DNA of 64,000 bases, from NCBI RefSeq assembly GCF_006345805.1, contig NC_043001.1, forward strand, positions 48,608,001-48,672,000. Reading direction: 5' to 3'. Below the pieces are notes generated by a model that saw nothing but the letters and a program-made list of their open reading frames with translations, did no database searches and was not told the DNA's origin. Made by a program: the position numbers and the translations under genes. Origin of the DNA: Octopus sinensis (lineage: Eukaryota). Every line of letters begins with the position of its first letter. Position 1 is the stretch's first letter. Below, in pieces: positions 1 through 10,669 of the stretch.

Positions 1-453
1 GGCATGGAAAAATAGTTGTTGTTGTGATGATGATGTTGATACCACTGCTGCCATTGTGTGTTTTGGAGGAAAATTTGGTTGAACGACTAAGTAGAGACTC
101 CCTTATTGAGCTATCCTTTCCTTTATAGTGTGAAACCAAAGATAATTGGATTTTGCCTTATGGGCATTTGCTTAGAATTAAGGTGTGGATGGGAAAGACA
201 AGTGGCTTTTTTTCACTTGAAATTACTTGAAGATATTTCACTTTTTCTTTGAGAGTCACCAACCATTAGTTAAATTTGATTTTTTCTTTCTTTCTCCAAC
301 ACAGGAAAATTTCAGTTAATTGAGAATGTTCTTCACATACAACTTTATTCCTTAACCTATCAATTTTAAATTTGTGCCACTGATCCACTCGAGTTATTCC
401 CCTTAATTTATTTAATTTGAAAGGTGGTGAATTGGCAGAATGTTGAAATTGGC

Positions 454-1023
454 TTAACCCTTTGATATTTAAACTGGCCATATCTGGCCCAAATATTCTG
501 TTTTATGTTCAAATTGGCCAGATCTGGCCTCTTACACTTATCCTACAATATCATTTGAAAAATATACAATCACATCATAGAAATCTTGAAGCTTTCAGAT
601 AATGCATGATTAATGCATGGATCAGTGGTTAGAATGTCAGGCTCACAATCGTGAGGTAGTGAGTTTGATTCCTGGACTGGACTGGGATGTGTGTTGTGTT
701 CTTGAGCAAAGACGCTTTATTTCATTTTGCTCCAGTTCACTCAGCTGTAGAAATGAGTTGCAACATCATTGGTGCCAAGCTGTATCAGCCTTTACCTTTC
801 CCTTGGATAACACTGGTAGCATAGAGTGAGGAGGCTGGTATGCATGGGCAACTGCTAGTCTTCCATAAACAACCTTGTCTGGACTTGTTCCTCAGAAGGT
901 AACTTTGTAGGTGCAATCCCATGGTCATTCATGATCGAAGGGACTCTTTACTCTTCAATCAAAATATAGTGTGAATGAATAAGCATTACATTTAACAGAA
1001 TACTCTCATTAGTAGAGGGTTAA
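454..1023 (+). mobile_element. piggyBac-like MITE (local family P1), interrupted by a SINE at 615-955
   Basis: TTAA-CCCTTT start at 454 and GAGGG-TTAA end at 1023; left part 454-614 and right part 956-1023 are collinear with intact copies at 6746-6972 and 49069-49297. Confidence 0.75.
615..955 (+). mobile_element. tRNA-derived SINE, family A
   Basis: Degenerate A box (TGGATCAGTGG) and B box (GTTTGATTCC); central TGTGTTCTTGAGCAAAGAC...CACTCAGCTGTAGAAATG; collinear with 54144-54475. Confidence 0.85.
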
Positions 1024-1248
1024 CTCTGTAGCGTTCAGATTATTTTATCAAATGCAATGCTTATTTATTCACATTGGTTTGAATTTATCCTGCATTATCT
1101 TGTAACCTTAAGATTTTGATTACATGACTGTATATTTTTTAGACTAACATTGTAGGGTAGGTGTGAGAGGCTGGATCTAACCAGTTTGGACATAAAACAG
1201 GAAGACTATTTTGGCTGGATATGGCCAGTTTAAATGCTAAAAGGTTAA
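1020..1248 (-). mobile_element. piggyBac-like MITE P1, inverted copy
   Basis: Reverse complement of P1; bounded by TTAA 1020-1023 (shared with the previous copy) and AAAGG-TTAA 1245-1248. Confidence 0.75.
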
Positions 1249-1249
1249 T

Positions 1250-1500
1250 GGTATTTGTTCCAACTCTGTGTAGTATGAGTTCAAATCTAGTTGAAGTCGT
1301 CTTTACATTTCATCCTTTATGAGATAAATAAAAATAAAAAGTACTAGGTCAGTATTGTGACCTAGTACTTGTGACCTTTATGAGATTAATAAAAATAAAA
1401 ATGTACTCGGTCAGTGGATTGGTGGAATTGTTAGAGCATCAAGCTAGGTGTTTTGTGGTATCTGTTCCAACTCTGTACATTCTGAGTTCAAATCCAGCCT
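1250..1500 (+). mobile_element. degenerate SINE-C remnants
   Basis: ATGAGTTCAAAT...TTTCATCC and TTCTGAGTTCAAATCC motifs shared with SINE-C copies. Confidence 0.45.
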
Positions 1501-1619
1501 CGACACTGAAAAAATAGAGAATCGTATATCAGGAGTTGTGAATGACAGAAGGTATCAGCAACTTGAAGAAACAAAACAAACAAAAAAATGGATGAAAACA
1601 GTTTCCTTGGTTTGATCAG

Positions 1620-1775
1620 ATCAACTGCCACCACTGCCTCCACCACCATTATCACAATCACAACCTCCACCACCACCTCAACCACCACTGCCACTACCAC
1701 GATCACTCCCTCTACCACTATCTCCATCACCACCACCACCGCCACCACCTCCACCATCAACACCACCACTTCTCA
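1620..1775. repeat. (CCA/ACC)n low-complexity tract
   Basis: Imperfect CCACCA runs; explains the poly-Thr and poly-Val ORFs. Confidence 0.85.
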
Positions 1776-2121
1776 TTCCTCCTTGGAGAAGTTAACTGGA
1801 TAACCACTCCAGGGTATCATGCTAAAAGATACTACAACAGTGATAGTCAATGACTGTTACAGAAAACCAAGTTCTCAGATGGATATTCTTTATTCTTTAA
1901 ACATAAATAATGCATTTGCTTTAATAATGCATTATTTATGATGTTCACTTTAATCTCTTTATATCTTTATCTCTTTATGTATTTGTCATGTTATAATATA
2001 ATGCTGTTTGATAAGAAGAGCTACATACATACATATTATGTTTTCTGTACTTTCAAAAGCTGCAACATGCATTTTTAAAAATAAGATAACACATGCCTAC
2101 ACACAGAGCTATATTGCTGTA

Positions 2122-2126
2122 TCTCT

Positions 2127-2190
<64 letters not shown>

Positions 2191-2199
2191 CACACACAC
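2122..2199. repeat. (CT)n(CA)n microsatellite
   Basis: Directly visible. Confidence 0.95.
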
Positions 2200-2330
2200 C
2201 AAGCAATTAGTAGGTTTGCTCATACTAAGCAATCATTGATGTTTATTGCTATTTGATGCAGTAAACTGAAACCTACAATATGCCCGAGAGCTATTATGGT
2301 AACCACCTGGATAATTTATCTCTACATATT

Positions 2331-2356
2331 CACTCTCTCTCTCTCTCATATATATA

Positions 2357-2399
<43 letters not shown>

Positions 2400-2412
2400 G
2401 CGTGTGTGTGAA
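2331..2412. repeat. compound (CT)n(TA)n(GT)n(TA)n microsatellite
   Basis: Directly visible. Confidence 0.9.
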
Positions 2413-2526
2413 TGTCAGACAATGAGAATGAGTGCTCAACACTGCATTGGTGGGTAAAATTCCTTTATCTGTGTATTAAGGTTACCATTGGTTTCATGTT
2501 AAAAAAAAAAATCTTAATATCATAAC

Positions 2527-2632
2527 AATTTTTCAGGCTGATCATGTCGAGGAATGGTGTAATCATCTCCGTTTTGTTTTCATCCAAAATGGAGATAAAC
2601 ACTGTTCCTCCATATGATCAGCTTGAAAAGTT
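2527..2632 (+). other. long imperfect hairpin, candidate structured ncRNA (miRNA-like or dsRNA substrate)
   Basis: 45 pairs counted by hand (39 Watson-Crick, 6 G-U), one C-C mismatch, one 4x2 internal loop, 8-nt loop 2577-2584; expression unknown. Confidence 0.55.
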
Positions 2633-2697
2633 ACTAAGTTTATTATTTTTAACATGAAACCGAAGGTAGCTTTAATAATAAATATATATATATATAT

Positions 2698-2908
2698 GTC
2701 CATTCAAAATATGACCATGTGTGTACCGTTGGCGATTTTTTTTCCTCTGTCTTCCCTTCTCTGGATCTTTCCTTCTCCTATGTTTCCGACGAAGAGCTCT
2801 GCTCGAAACATTAAACCCTCCTTCTCTCCTGAGCGTCTAATAATACTATATTTGTTCCACGTCCTCGCGTTGTTGTGTTTTTTTGTGCTTTCTTGTTTGG
2901 ATTAACTT
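2698..2908 (+). mobile_element. Penelope-like element terminal-repeat fragment with hammerhead-like core
   Basis: CpG-containing island between two (TA)n tracts; contains GTTT-CCGACGA-A-GAGC-TCT-GCTC-GAAAC-ATT-AAAC. Confidence 0.5.
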
Positions 2909-3109
2909 TATATATATATACATATATATATATATATGAGAGAGAGAAGAAGATAGTTACATAGTGTATATTTCCAAGTTTCCATCTTTGATGCATCTTT
3001 AGAGAACAGTATTAGCCAAAATATCATCTAGGGAGCCACACACCTTTCAGAAAGGTATAGGGCCTGCAACCCACACTTTAACTACTGTGGTATATTTCTT
3101 TATAATTTT

Positions 3110-3481
3110 ACATCTGTGTCACAACCATGTGGTCTTGGCTTCAATTCTTCTGTGCAGTACCTTGGGCAAACATCTTCTATGATAACCCTCAGGTTGACCA
3201 GAAGCTTCTGAGTGGATTTAGTACATGGAAACTGAAAGAAGCCTGTTGTATGTGTTTGTACATTTCTGTGTGAATGTGTCTTTGTGTTTGCCCTTCACCA
3301 CCGTTTGACAACCAGCATTGGCTTGTTTATGTCCCCATAACTTAGTGGGTCAGCAAAACAGGCCAATAGAATAAGTACTAGACTTTATGATAATTAGTGG
3401 GGTTGATTTGTTTGACTAAACTTTCCAGGATAGTGGCCCAGCAGGGTAACAGTCCAGTGACTAAAACAAAACATAAAAGAT
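3110..3481 (+). mobile_element. SINE family B (diverged)
   Basis: CCTTGGGCAA...GGAAACTGAAAGAAGCC-(GT)n...ATAGAATAAGTACTAG...CAGTGACTAAAACAA layout as in 7118-7512. Confidence 0.8.
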
Positions 3482-3989
3482 TTATTTCCCAGTTTCCTGA
3501 ATCTGTCACATGTTAGACAATGTGTGTGTTTGTATGGACAGACTAATTTGCATACGTGTAAATAAGGAGTCTTAGCAGAATCATTAGAGCATTAGGTAAA
3601 ATTCCTTACACTATTAGTGCTAGCCTTCACATACCCCTGCCAACTTTTCATTACAACCTTTTGAGGGTTGATAAATAAAAGTACCAGTCTAGGCTTTGGA
3701 TTGCAAGAACTGTTGGAGTATCACACATGATGCCCTGTGATGTCTGTTCTTAGAATTCTGATGGTAAAGCTTGCAATGACAACTAGCAGCTAACTGTTTT
3801 GGCCCTTGGCCCCACTTTTTTTTCTGTATTTTTCTTCAAACTTTTCATCTGAGGGTAGGGCAATGGCCTTTTCAGAGCATCCAATGCTGGTGAGAGAGGG
3901 GAAGGATGGTATCCTCAAACTGGAAACCTTATCTGCATGCTTGCAACATAATGCACTCAACTAAATGTACCCAAGATGTCAGGTGATAT

Positions 3990-4215
3990 ATTTAAACCAG
4001 GCAATAGTAGGCCGTAGCAGGATTTGAACTCAGAACACAAAGAGCCAGAACAAGCATGTAAGGCATCTGGTTCAATGTTCTTAGCCTTGCATGGCTACCT
4101 TTTTTTTTTATTGACCCTCAAGGGACAAAGGAAGGTTGACATCAGTGGGTTTTGAACTCAGATTGCATATATTTGGAAACAAATACTACAAAGATTTTCT
4201 GAGCACTAACAAACA
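3990..4215 (-). mobile_element. degenerate SINE-C fragments
   Basis: GATTTGAACTCAGAA and TTTGAACTCAGA (reverse-complement B-box region), AAGGTTGAC. Confidence 0.5.
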
Positions 4216-4281
4216 ACTCTACCAAGTTGTAATATAGTATTTTTGGAAGGGGATCTGATAAGGATCACCATCTCTACCACC

Positions 4282-4525
4282 CAGGGTCAGTGCTAATAAG
4301 TGCGGGGCCCAATTAGAAAATTGTTAGTGGGCCTTCTACTCTACAAAAGCTGAAGATGTTTTATTCTTTGTGTTGTATGCCAGTCCCAGCCAATAAGCAT
4401 TGAGGGCTTGAGTCTCCACTATTGGCTACAATGATATACTAAAAATTCATCATAGTGTCTCTACTGAAGTGTGTGTGTGGGTGGGCTCAGTTTAAACAAA
4501 TGTAATTAGCTTAAAACCGGCCCTT
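4282..4525. mobile_element. hAT-type MITE
   Basis: 8-bp TSD CTACCACC (4274-4281, 4526-4533); imperfect TIR CAGGGTCAGT/ACCGGCCCTT. Confidence 0.65.
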
Positions 4526-4594
4526 CTACCACCACACCACTACCCTCATAACCACATTAACGAAGAAAGTCATATGCGCTTTACTGTGTCAGAG

Positions 4595-4980
4595 GTGGAG
4601 GCGCAATGGCCCAGTGGTTAGGGCAGCGGACTCGCGGTCATAGGATCACGGTTTCGATTCCCAGACCAGGCGTTGTGAGTGTTTATTGAGCGAAAACACC
4701 TAAAAGCTCCACAAGGCTCCAGCAGGGGATGGTGGTGATCCCTGCTGTACTCTTTCACCACAACTTTCTCTCACTCTTACTTCCTGTTTCTGTTGTACCT
4801 GTATTTCAAGGGGCCGGCCTTGTCACTCTCTGTGTCACGCTGAATATCCCCGAGAACTACGTTAAGGGTGCACGTGTCTGTGGAGTGCTCAGCCACTTAC
4901 ACGTTTATTTCATGAGCAGGCTGTTCCGTTGATTCGGATCAACCGGAACCCTCATCGTCGTAACCGACGGAGTGCTTCCC
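4595..4980 (+). mobile_element. tRNA-derived SINE A' (young, CpG-rich)
   Basis: A box TGGCCCAGTGG, B box GTTTCGATTCC; perfect 12-bp TSD ACTGTGTCAGAG (4583-4594, 4981-4992). Confidence 0.9.
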
Positions 4981-5419
4981 ACTGTGTCAGAGAATCCAGT
5001 TCTTAGGATTTGAGCAAGGGGCTCAATTGTATTTAAAATAGAGATATAACAAGGAAAAGTAGGGAGTGCTCAGGAAAAGGCACAAACATGTGTCGACTTT
5101 CTTTGGGTTAAGTAAACTTGCATTGGTAAAACTTGGAGAAATTTGACCAAATGGTCTGAAAGTATGAGTAATCTTAGAGTTCTTTCCTAAACGTATGATG
5201 ATTGAATCAAAAGTCACATGGAAATTTAATTGCTATAAGTGGCTTGATATAAGACACTAAGGAAAGAAACATAAAATTTAAATTCAAATGTGTGGTCTGT
5301 TGTCATGGTGACAGACAGAATATTTTGTTGTTTAATATGTAGTACTAAAAATAGTTGAGTAATTTAAAGTGGCATGCCATCATGATGAGTGTTAGACATT
5401 CATTATATATAGAATTTTT

Positions 5420-5921
5420 CACATTGACTATAATATTGTGGGCAGCACCCACATACATACTCCCACATACACACACACAATTGACATTTTAAATTAGTAA
5501 TAACAATATGAAACACACATTCACAATTAGAATTGATATCCTACATTAATAGTAACAATGTGGGCATCACCCACATACACACTCCTACATGCACACACAC
5601 ACACGCTTACATGCACAAACACACTCCTACATGCATACACACACTTTCCCACATGCGTGCACACACTCTCTTCCACATGCTTACACAGACTCTCTCACAT
5701 ACATGCATACACTCTCCCACATGCATGCACACACTCTCCCACATGCATGCAGACTCCCCTGCATGCATGCACACACTTTCCCACATGCATACACACACTC
5801 CCACATGTGTACACATACACACACCACATACAAAATTGATATTTTAAATCAGCAATCTTTATGATGACACACATTCACATGTAGAATTAATAGCCTACAT
5901 TTACAATAACAATATGAGTAA

Positions 5922-5962
<41 letters not shown>
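5420..5962. repeat. degenerate tandem repeat with about 22-bp CACATGCATGCACACACTCTCC minisatellite core and terminal (AC)n
   Basis: Recurrent AATTGATAT...ACATT...AACAATATG units flank a block of CACATGCAT(G/A)CACAC units at 5590-5830. Confidence 0.75.
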
Positions 5963-5966
<4 letters not shown>

Positions 5967-5974
5967 TTGCATCA

Positions 5975-6125
5975 ATAATTCTTTCAAATTTTGGCACAAG
6001 GCCAGCTAACCCTTCGGGAAAGGAGTTAGTTGATACCATTAGCCCCAATATTTGACTGATTTTATTCTATCAACCCCAAAAGGATGCAAAGCAAAGTTGA
6101 CCTTGAGTGTATTTGCATTCAGAAC
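5975..6125 (-). mobile_element. SINE-C 3' part
   Basis: TTTTGGCACAAGGCCAG...AAAGGATGCAAAGCAAAGTTGACC is the reverse complement of SINE-C. Confidence 0.75.
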
Positions 6126-6127
6126 AT

Positions 6128-6273
6128 TGGCGTTAGGAAGGGCATCCAGCTGTAGAAACACTGCCAGATCAGACTGGAGCCTGGTGCAGCCTTCTGGCTT
6201 CCCAGACCCCGGTCGAACCGTCCAACCCATGCTAGCATGGAGAAAAGACGTTAAACGATGATGATGATGATGA
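6128..6273 (+). mobile_element. family D short retroelement with (GAT)n tail
   Basis: GGCGTTAGGAAGGGCATCCAGCTGTAGAAA...GACGTTAAAC-GATGATGATGATG; many copies in the window. Confidence 0.8.
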
Positions 6274-6435
6274 ACATAAAAAGCCAGGAGAAATACTACT
6301 AAGCATTTCATCTGGTACCTTAATCATTCAAACAGTTCACTGTCTTGTGTCTCACATTAATAATAATATGACGGGGCACATGTGCACGCAACACACACAC
6401 ATGCAGAATTATTATTAATATTTTTACATAAACTA

Positions 6436-6650
6436 AGGTGGCAAGCAGGCAGAATTGTTAGCATGCCAGGCAAAATGCTTAGCAGCCTTTTGTGTGTCTT
6501 TAAGTTCTGAGTTTGAATTCTGCTGAGGTCATCTTTATCTTTCATCCTTTCAGGATCGATAAAATAAGTACCAGTTGAACACTGGGGTTGATGCAATCGA
6601 TTTTCCCCACTTCTCTAAAATTGCTGGCCTTGTGCCAAAATTAGAAATCA
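6436..6650 (+). mobile_element. tRNA-derived SINE, family C
   Basis: GGCAGAATTGTTAGC...TTCTGAGTTTGAATTC...AAGTACCAGTTGAACACTGGGGT...GGCCTTGTGCC. Confidence 0.85.
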
Positions 6651-6745
6651 GTATTCTAACTCTTACTCTTAACATCCTGTATAACACAAATCCACCTGAC
6701 GGGCATATATATCTGTCAGCCACAGGCTGCCTGAGGATGCCTAAA

Positions 6746-6972
6746 TTAACCGTTTAGTGTTCAGATTATTCTATCAAACATAATGCTTATTGATTCACAT
6801 TGATTTGAATTAATCATGCATTATCTCATATCTTCAAGATCTTGATGGTGTAATTACTTAATGTAGAATAACATTGTAGGGTAGGTGTGAGGGCCTGGAT
6901 CTGGTCAGTTTGAACATAAAACAGATTAAATATTTTAGCCGGATATGGCCGGTTTAAATAGTAAAGGGTTAA
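6746..6972 (-). mobile_element. piggyBac-like MITE P1
   Basis: TTAA at both ends; TTAACCGTTTAG...TAAAGGGTTAA; collinear with 1020-1248. Confidence 0.8.
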
Positions 6973-7117
6973 ACCAGTCTTTTTTACATCAATTTTAAAA
7001 GAAGGTAGGAACTCTCAAACCTAAGGGAGAAAGCTGTAATCCCTTCGACTGTATTTACCATATTTGATGACTAAATTTCAGTAGTGCATATTTAAGCAAA
7101 AAAAAAAAAGTTTTAGT

Positions 7118-7512
7118 GGCGTAGGTGTGGCTGTGTGGTAAGTAGCTTGCTTATGAACCACATGGTTCTAAGTTGAGTCCTACTGCATGGCACCTTGGGC
7201 AAGTGTCTTCTACTATAGCCTTGGGCTGACCATAGCCTAGTGAGTGGATTTGTTAGATGGAAACTGAAAGAAGCCTGTCGTATATATGTATATGTGTGTG
7301 TGTGTTTGTGTGTCTGTGTTTGTCACCCCAACATCGCCTGACAGCCGATGATGGTATGTTTACGTCCCTGTAACTTAGCGGTTCGGCAAAAAAGACCGAT
7401 AGAATAAGTACTAGGCTTACAAAGAATAAGTCCTGGGGTCGATTTGCTCGACTAAAGGCAGTGCCCCAGCATGGCCACTGTCAAATGATTGAAACAAGTA
7501 AAAGAAAAAAGA
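7118..7512 (+). mobile_element. SINE family B, full length
   Basis: GGCGTAGGTGTGGCTGTGTGGTAAG head, internal (TA/GT)n, GAAACAAGTAAAAG tail. Confidence 0.9.
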
Positions 7513-7604
7513 AGTGCATTAAAACATGTACCATTTAAAATAATCTACTAGTACATTACAAAACTACAGAAGTACCTTAGCTATAGCAGAAAACTATCCT
7601 TTAT

Positions 7605-7752
7605 CTGATACTTGTTTTGGTTGATAGACTATGGCCATGCTGGAGCACTATCTTGAAGAGCTATAGTTGAATGGATTGATCCCCAGTACTTCCATTGGGA
7701 TTGTAACCATGATTGCGAAATGAACTTCTTAACCACACAGCAGTGCCTGTGC
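7605..7752 (-). mobile_element. SINE-B, internally deleted
   Basis: Reverse-complement tail (TGGCCATGCTGGAGCAC) joined to reverse-complement head (CTTCTTAACCACACAGC). Confidence 0.6.
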
Positions 7753-7764
7753 CTATGATAGTTA

Positions 7765-8300
7765 TGTAATTGATATCTCACATAAGCAATAGCAATATGG
7801 AATACACACACATATACACATGCATGCACACAAACACGTGTGCACATGTAGAATTGATATTTCACATTTACACTGGTGCCATGTAAATGCACCCATTCCA
7901 GTGCTGTGTAAAAGCACTACACTCTGCAGAGTGGTTCACATTAGGAAGGGCATCCAGCTATAGAAACCATGCCAAAATTTGACATGGAACCTGGGTAGCT
8001 CTTCAGCTGGCCAACTCCTATCAAACCGTCCAACCCATACCAGCATGTAAGATGGACATTAAACAATAATACACACATGGAATTGATATTTTGCATTAGT
8101 TACAACTATATGAGCAATACAAAATATGCATGCTGACATACTTCTAAACATGCACACACAACAAATGTGATATCTCACATTAATATGGGCAACACACATG
8201 CACCTGTGCACACTCAAGCACGCACACACACAATTGAGTTTACATCTCACATTAAAAATAACAATATGGGCAATAAACAGCAATGATATTAATTTCTGAT
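7765..8300. repeat. degenerate AATTGATAT...CACATT...AATATGG tandem repeat with a family D insert at about 7872-8062
   Basis: Same unit as 5420-5962. Confidence 0.6.
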
Positions 8301-8499
8301 GTTGGCCCAAAGCCACAAATTGTATGAGAAGTGTATGTATCAAATTGTATATATCAATGATGGCGGGGGTGATGAAATTGGTTGTTGATTTGATTCCAAA
8401 ATACAATTTCTACTTATTTAATTAGCCTGCCCCCATAATGAGGACAGGCAAAGGCAACACCAGCAGAATTTGAACTTGGAGTGCATACTATCCAAGTAC

Positions 8500-8712
8500 A
8501 TCATCATCATCATCATTTAACGTCCGCTTTCTATGCTAGCATGGGTTGGACGATTTGAGTACTGGTGAACAAGATGGCTGCACCAGGCTCAAATCTGGAT
8601 CTGGCAGAGTTTCTACAGCTCGATGCCCGTCCTAACACCAACCACTCTGAGAGTGTAGTGGGTGCTTTTACGTGCCACCGGCACAAAGGCCAGTTGGGCG
8701 GTACTGATGAGG
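8500..8712 (-). mobile_element. family D short retroelement
   Basis: (CAT)n-TTTAACGTCCGCTTTC...GATGCCCGTCCTAACACCAACCACTC. Confidence 0.8.
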
Positions 8713-8989
8713 GCCACGAAACGAAGCATTTTCTCCATTATAGTTCCTGTAAGCCTACACCCACAGTCTTACTCAGTCTCATCATCATCATCATTTAATG
8801 TCCTGTTTTTGTGCTTGCATGAGTTTGATGAAACTTGTTGAAGTAGATTTTATATGGTTGGATGCCCTTCCTGTTTCCAACCCTCACCTATTTCTAAGCA
8901 AGGTAATAATTTCCCTATGATCAGAAGATGTGTTTTCATGAAAGATTGGAAACGAACCACATTGTTTAGAGAAAAATACACACTAACAC

Positions 8990-9165
8990 ACACACATACA
9001 TACAATGGCTTTCTTTCAGTTCCCGTCTACCAGCTCCACTCACATGGCTTTGGTCAGCCCAGGGCTATAGTAGAAGATACTTGCTCAAAGTGCTGTGTAG
9101 TTGGACTGAACCCATGACCAAATAGTTGGATAGCAACTTCTTAACCTCACAGCCATGCCTACATA
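8990..9165 (-). mobile_element. SINE-B 5' half
   Basis: GGCTTTCTTTCAGTTCCCGTCTACC...CACAGCCATGCC. Confidence 0.75.
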
Positions 9166-9344
9166 AGTAGTGCTCTGTTAGATCCCATTGCTAAACTAAA
9201 ATCTTTTTGTGTATTTGGATGAAATGCCTTGTGATATTCATCCAGGCTTATTGTGTTCTGAATTCAAATCCTGCTCCTGTTTATGCCCAGTAAAGCTTTG
9301 AATACCACACCTGTTTTCTGCATGTTATTGTGTGCATATGTGTG

Positions 9345-9560
9345 TATCATCATCATTTAATGTCTGCTTTTCATGCTGGCATGGGTTAGATGATTTAACT
9401 GAAACTGGTAAGCTGGAAAGCTGCATCAGGTTCCAGTCTGTTCTAGTATGGTTTCTATGGCCAGATGACCTTCCTAGTGCCAACCACACCATAGAATATA
9501 CTGGGTGCCTTTTATGTGTCACTGGTATAGGTGCCTTTTACACGTCACCAGCATCATATA
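9345..9560 (-). mobile_element. family D short retroelement
   Basis: (CAT)n-TTTAATGTCTGCTTTTCATGCTGGCATGGGTT... Confidence 0.75.
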
Positions 9561-9574
9561 ACTGACATTCTGTC

Positions 9575-9872
9575 AGTTACAACAATCAGGGTTCCAGTTT
9601 ATCTGATCAACAAGTCTGTTCATGGAATTAATGTGCAAGTGGCTAAGCATTCCACAGACACATGTATCCTTAATCTAGTTCTCGGAGATTTAGCATGATG
9701 CAGAGTGTGACAAGGTTGGCTCTCTGAATTACAAAATCATTTTTGCCAGCTGAGTGAACTTGAGCAATTTGAAAATAAAGTGTCCAGCTCAAGGACACAA
9801 AGTGCCACCAGGAATTGAACTCATGACCTTATGACCATGAGCTGGATACCCTAAGCACTAAACCATGTGAAG
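9575..9872 (-). mobile_element. SINE A'
   Basis: Reverse complement of the 4595-4980 tail plus reverse-complement core (GCCAGCTGAGTGAAC...AAAGTGTCCAGCTCAAGGACAC) and head. Confidence 0.75.
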
Positions 9873-9989
9873 TTCATCCTTTTGAGATGAGCTTTTACTG
9901 CTTCTTTCTATGCTTTCCTTGGTCTTTCTTATCTCCAGATTCCTTCCATTCAGATGGTTTTGATTACTTTAATTTTTGTATGTCTTGTG

Positions 9990-10372
9990 TCTCTGAGTCG
10001 GTCTACTTTCCCAACCACAAGGTTCCAGGTTCAGTTCCAATGCCTGGCAACTTGAGCAAGTTTTTTCCTGCTATAGCCCCAAGCTGACAAAATTCTTGTG
10101 AGAGGATCTGGTAGACAGAAACTGAAAGAAGCTTGTTATGTGTGTGTGTGTCTGTTTGTGTTTGTCCCACACAGGGAAGTAAACAAACCAACAGGTGTTG
10201 GTTTGTTTATTTTTCTGTAAGGTAGAAATTCAGCAAAAGAGACTGATAGAATAAGTACCGGGCTTGAAAAATTAAGTACTGGGGCTAATTTATTTGGCTA
10301 AAACTTATCAAGGTGGTGGTGCCCTAGCATAGTCACAATCCAATGACTGAAACAAGTAAAAGACGAAAGATA
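9990..10372 (+). mobile_element. SINE family B
   Basis: Collinear with 7118-7512. Confidence 0.8.
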
Positions 10373-10669
10373 TATATAAGTGGTAGAAACAACTGTTTGA
10401 CAATTCTAGAATTTTTTGTAGCGTAGATTAATGCTTGTAAAACTGAACTGAGAGAAAAGGAAATTGAAAAATAAGATTATAAAAATATGGTTCTTGTATA
10501 TTTGAAGATGCATATAATTTGTTTCAAGAGTTTTCAATTACTGGCAGAAAACTACTCAGTGTAACATTTCTTGCAGACACTTGGTTTTACAAATGCATTG
10601 GTATTTGTGAGTGTTAATGTGTTTATTTATTGTGCGATTTATGTCGTCTGGTACTCAAAGTTGTGCATG

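Noticed and set aside
2233-2442. INYPGGYHNSSRAYCRFQF resembling a CUB-domain start
   Set aside because: Only loose similarity, preceded by microsatellite-derived codons, with no supporting neighbouring exons
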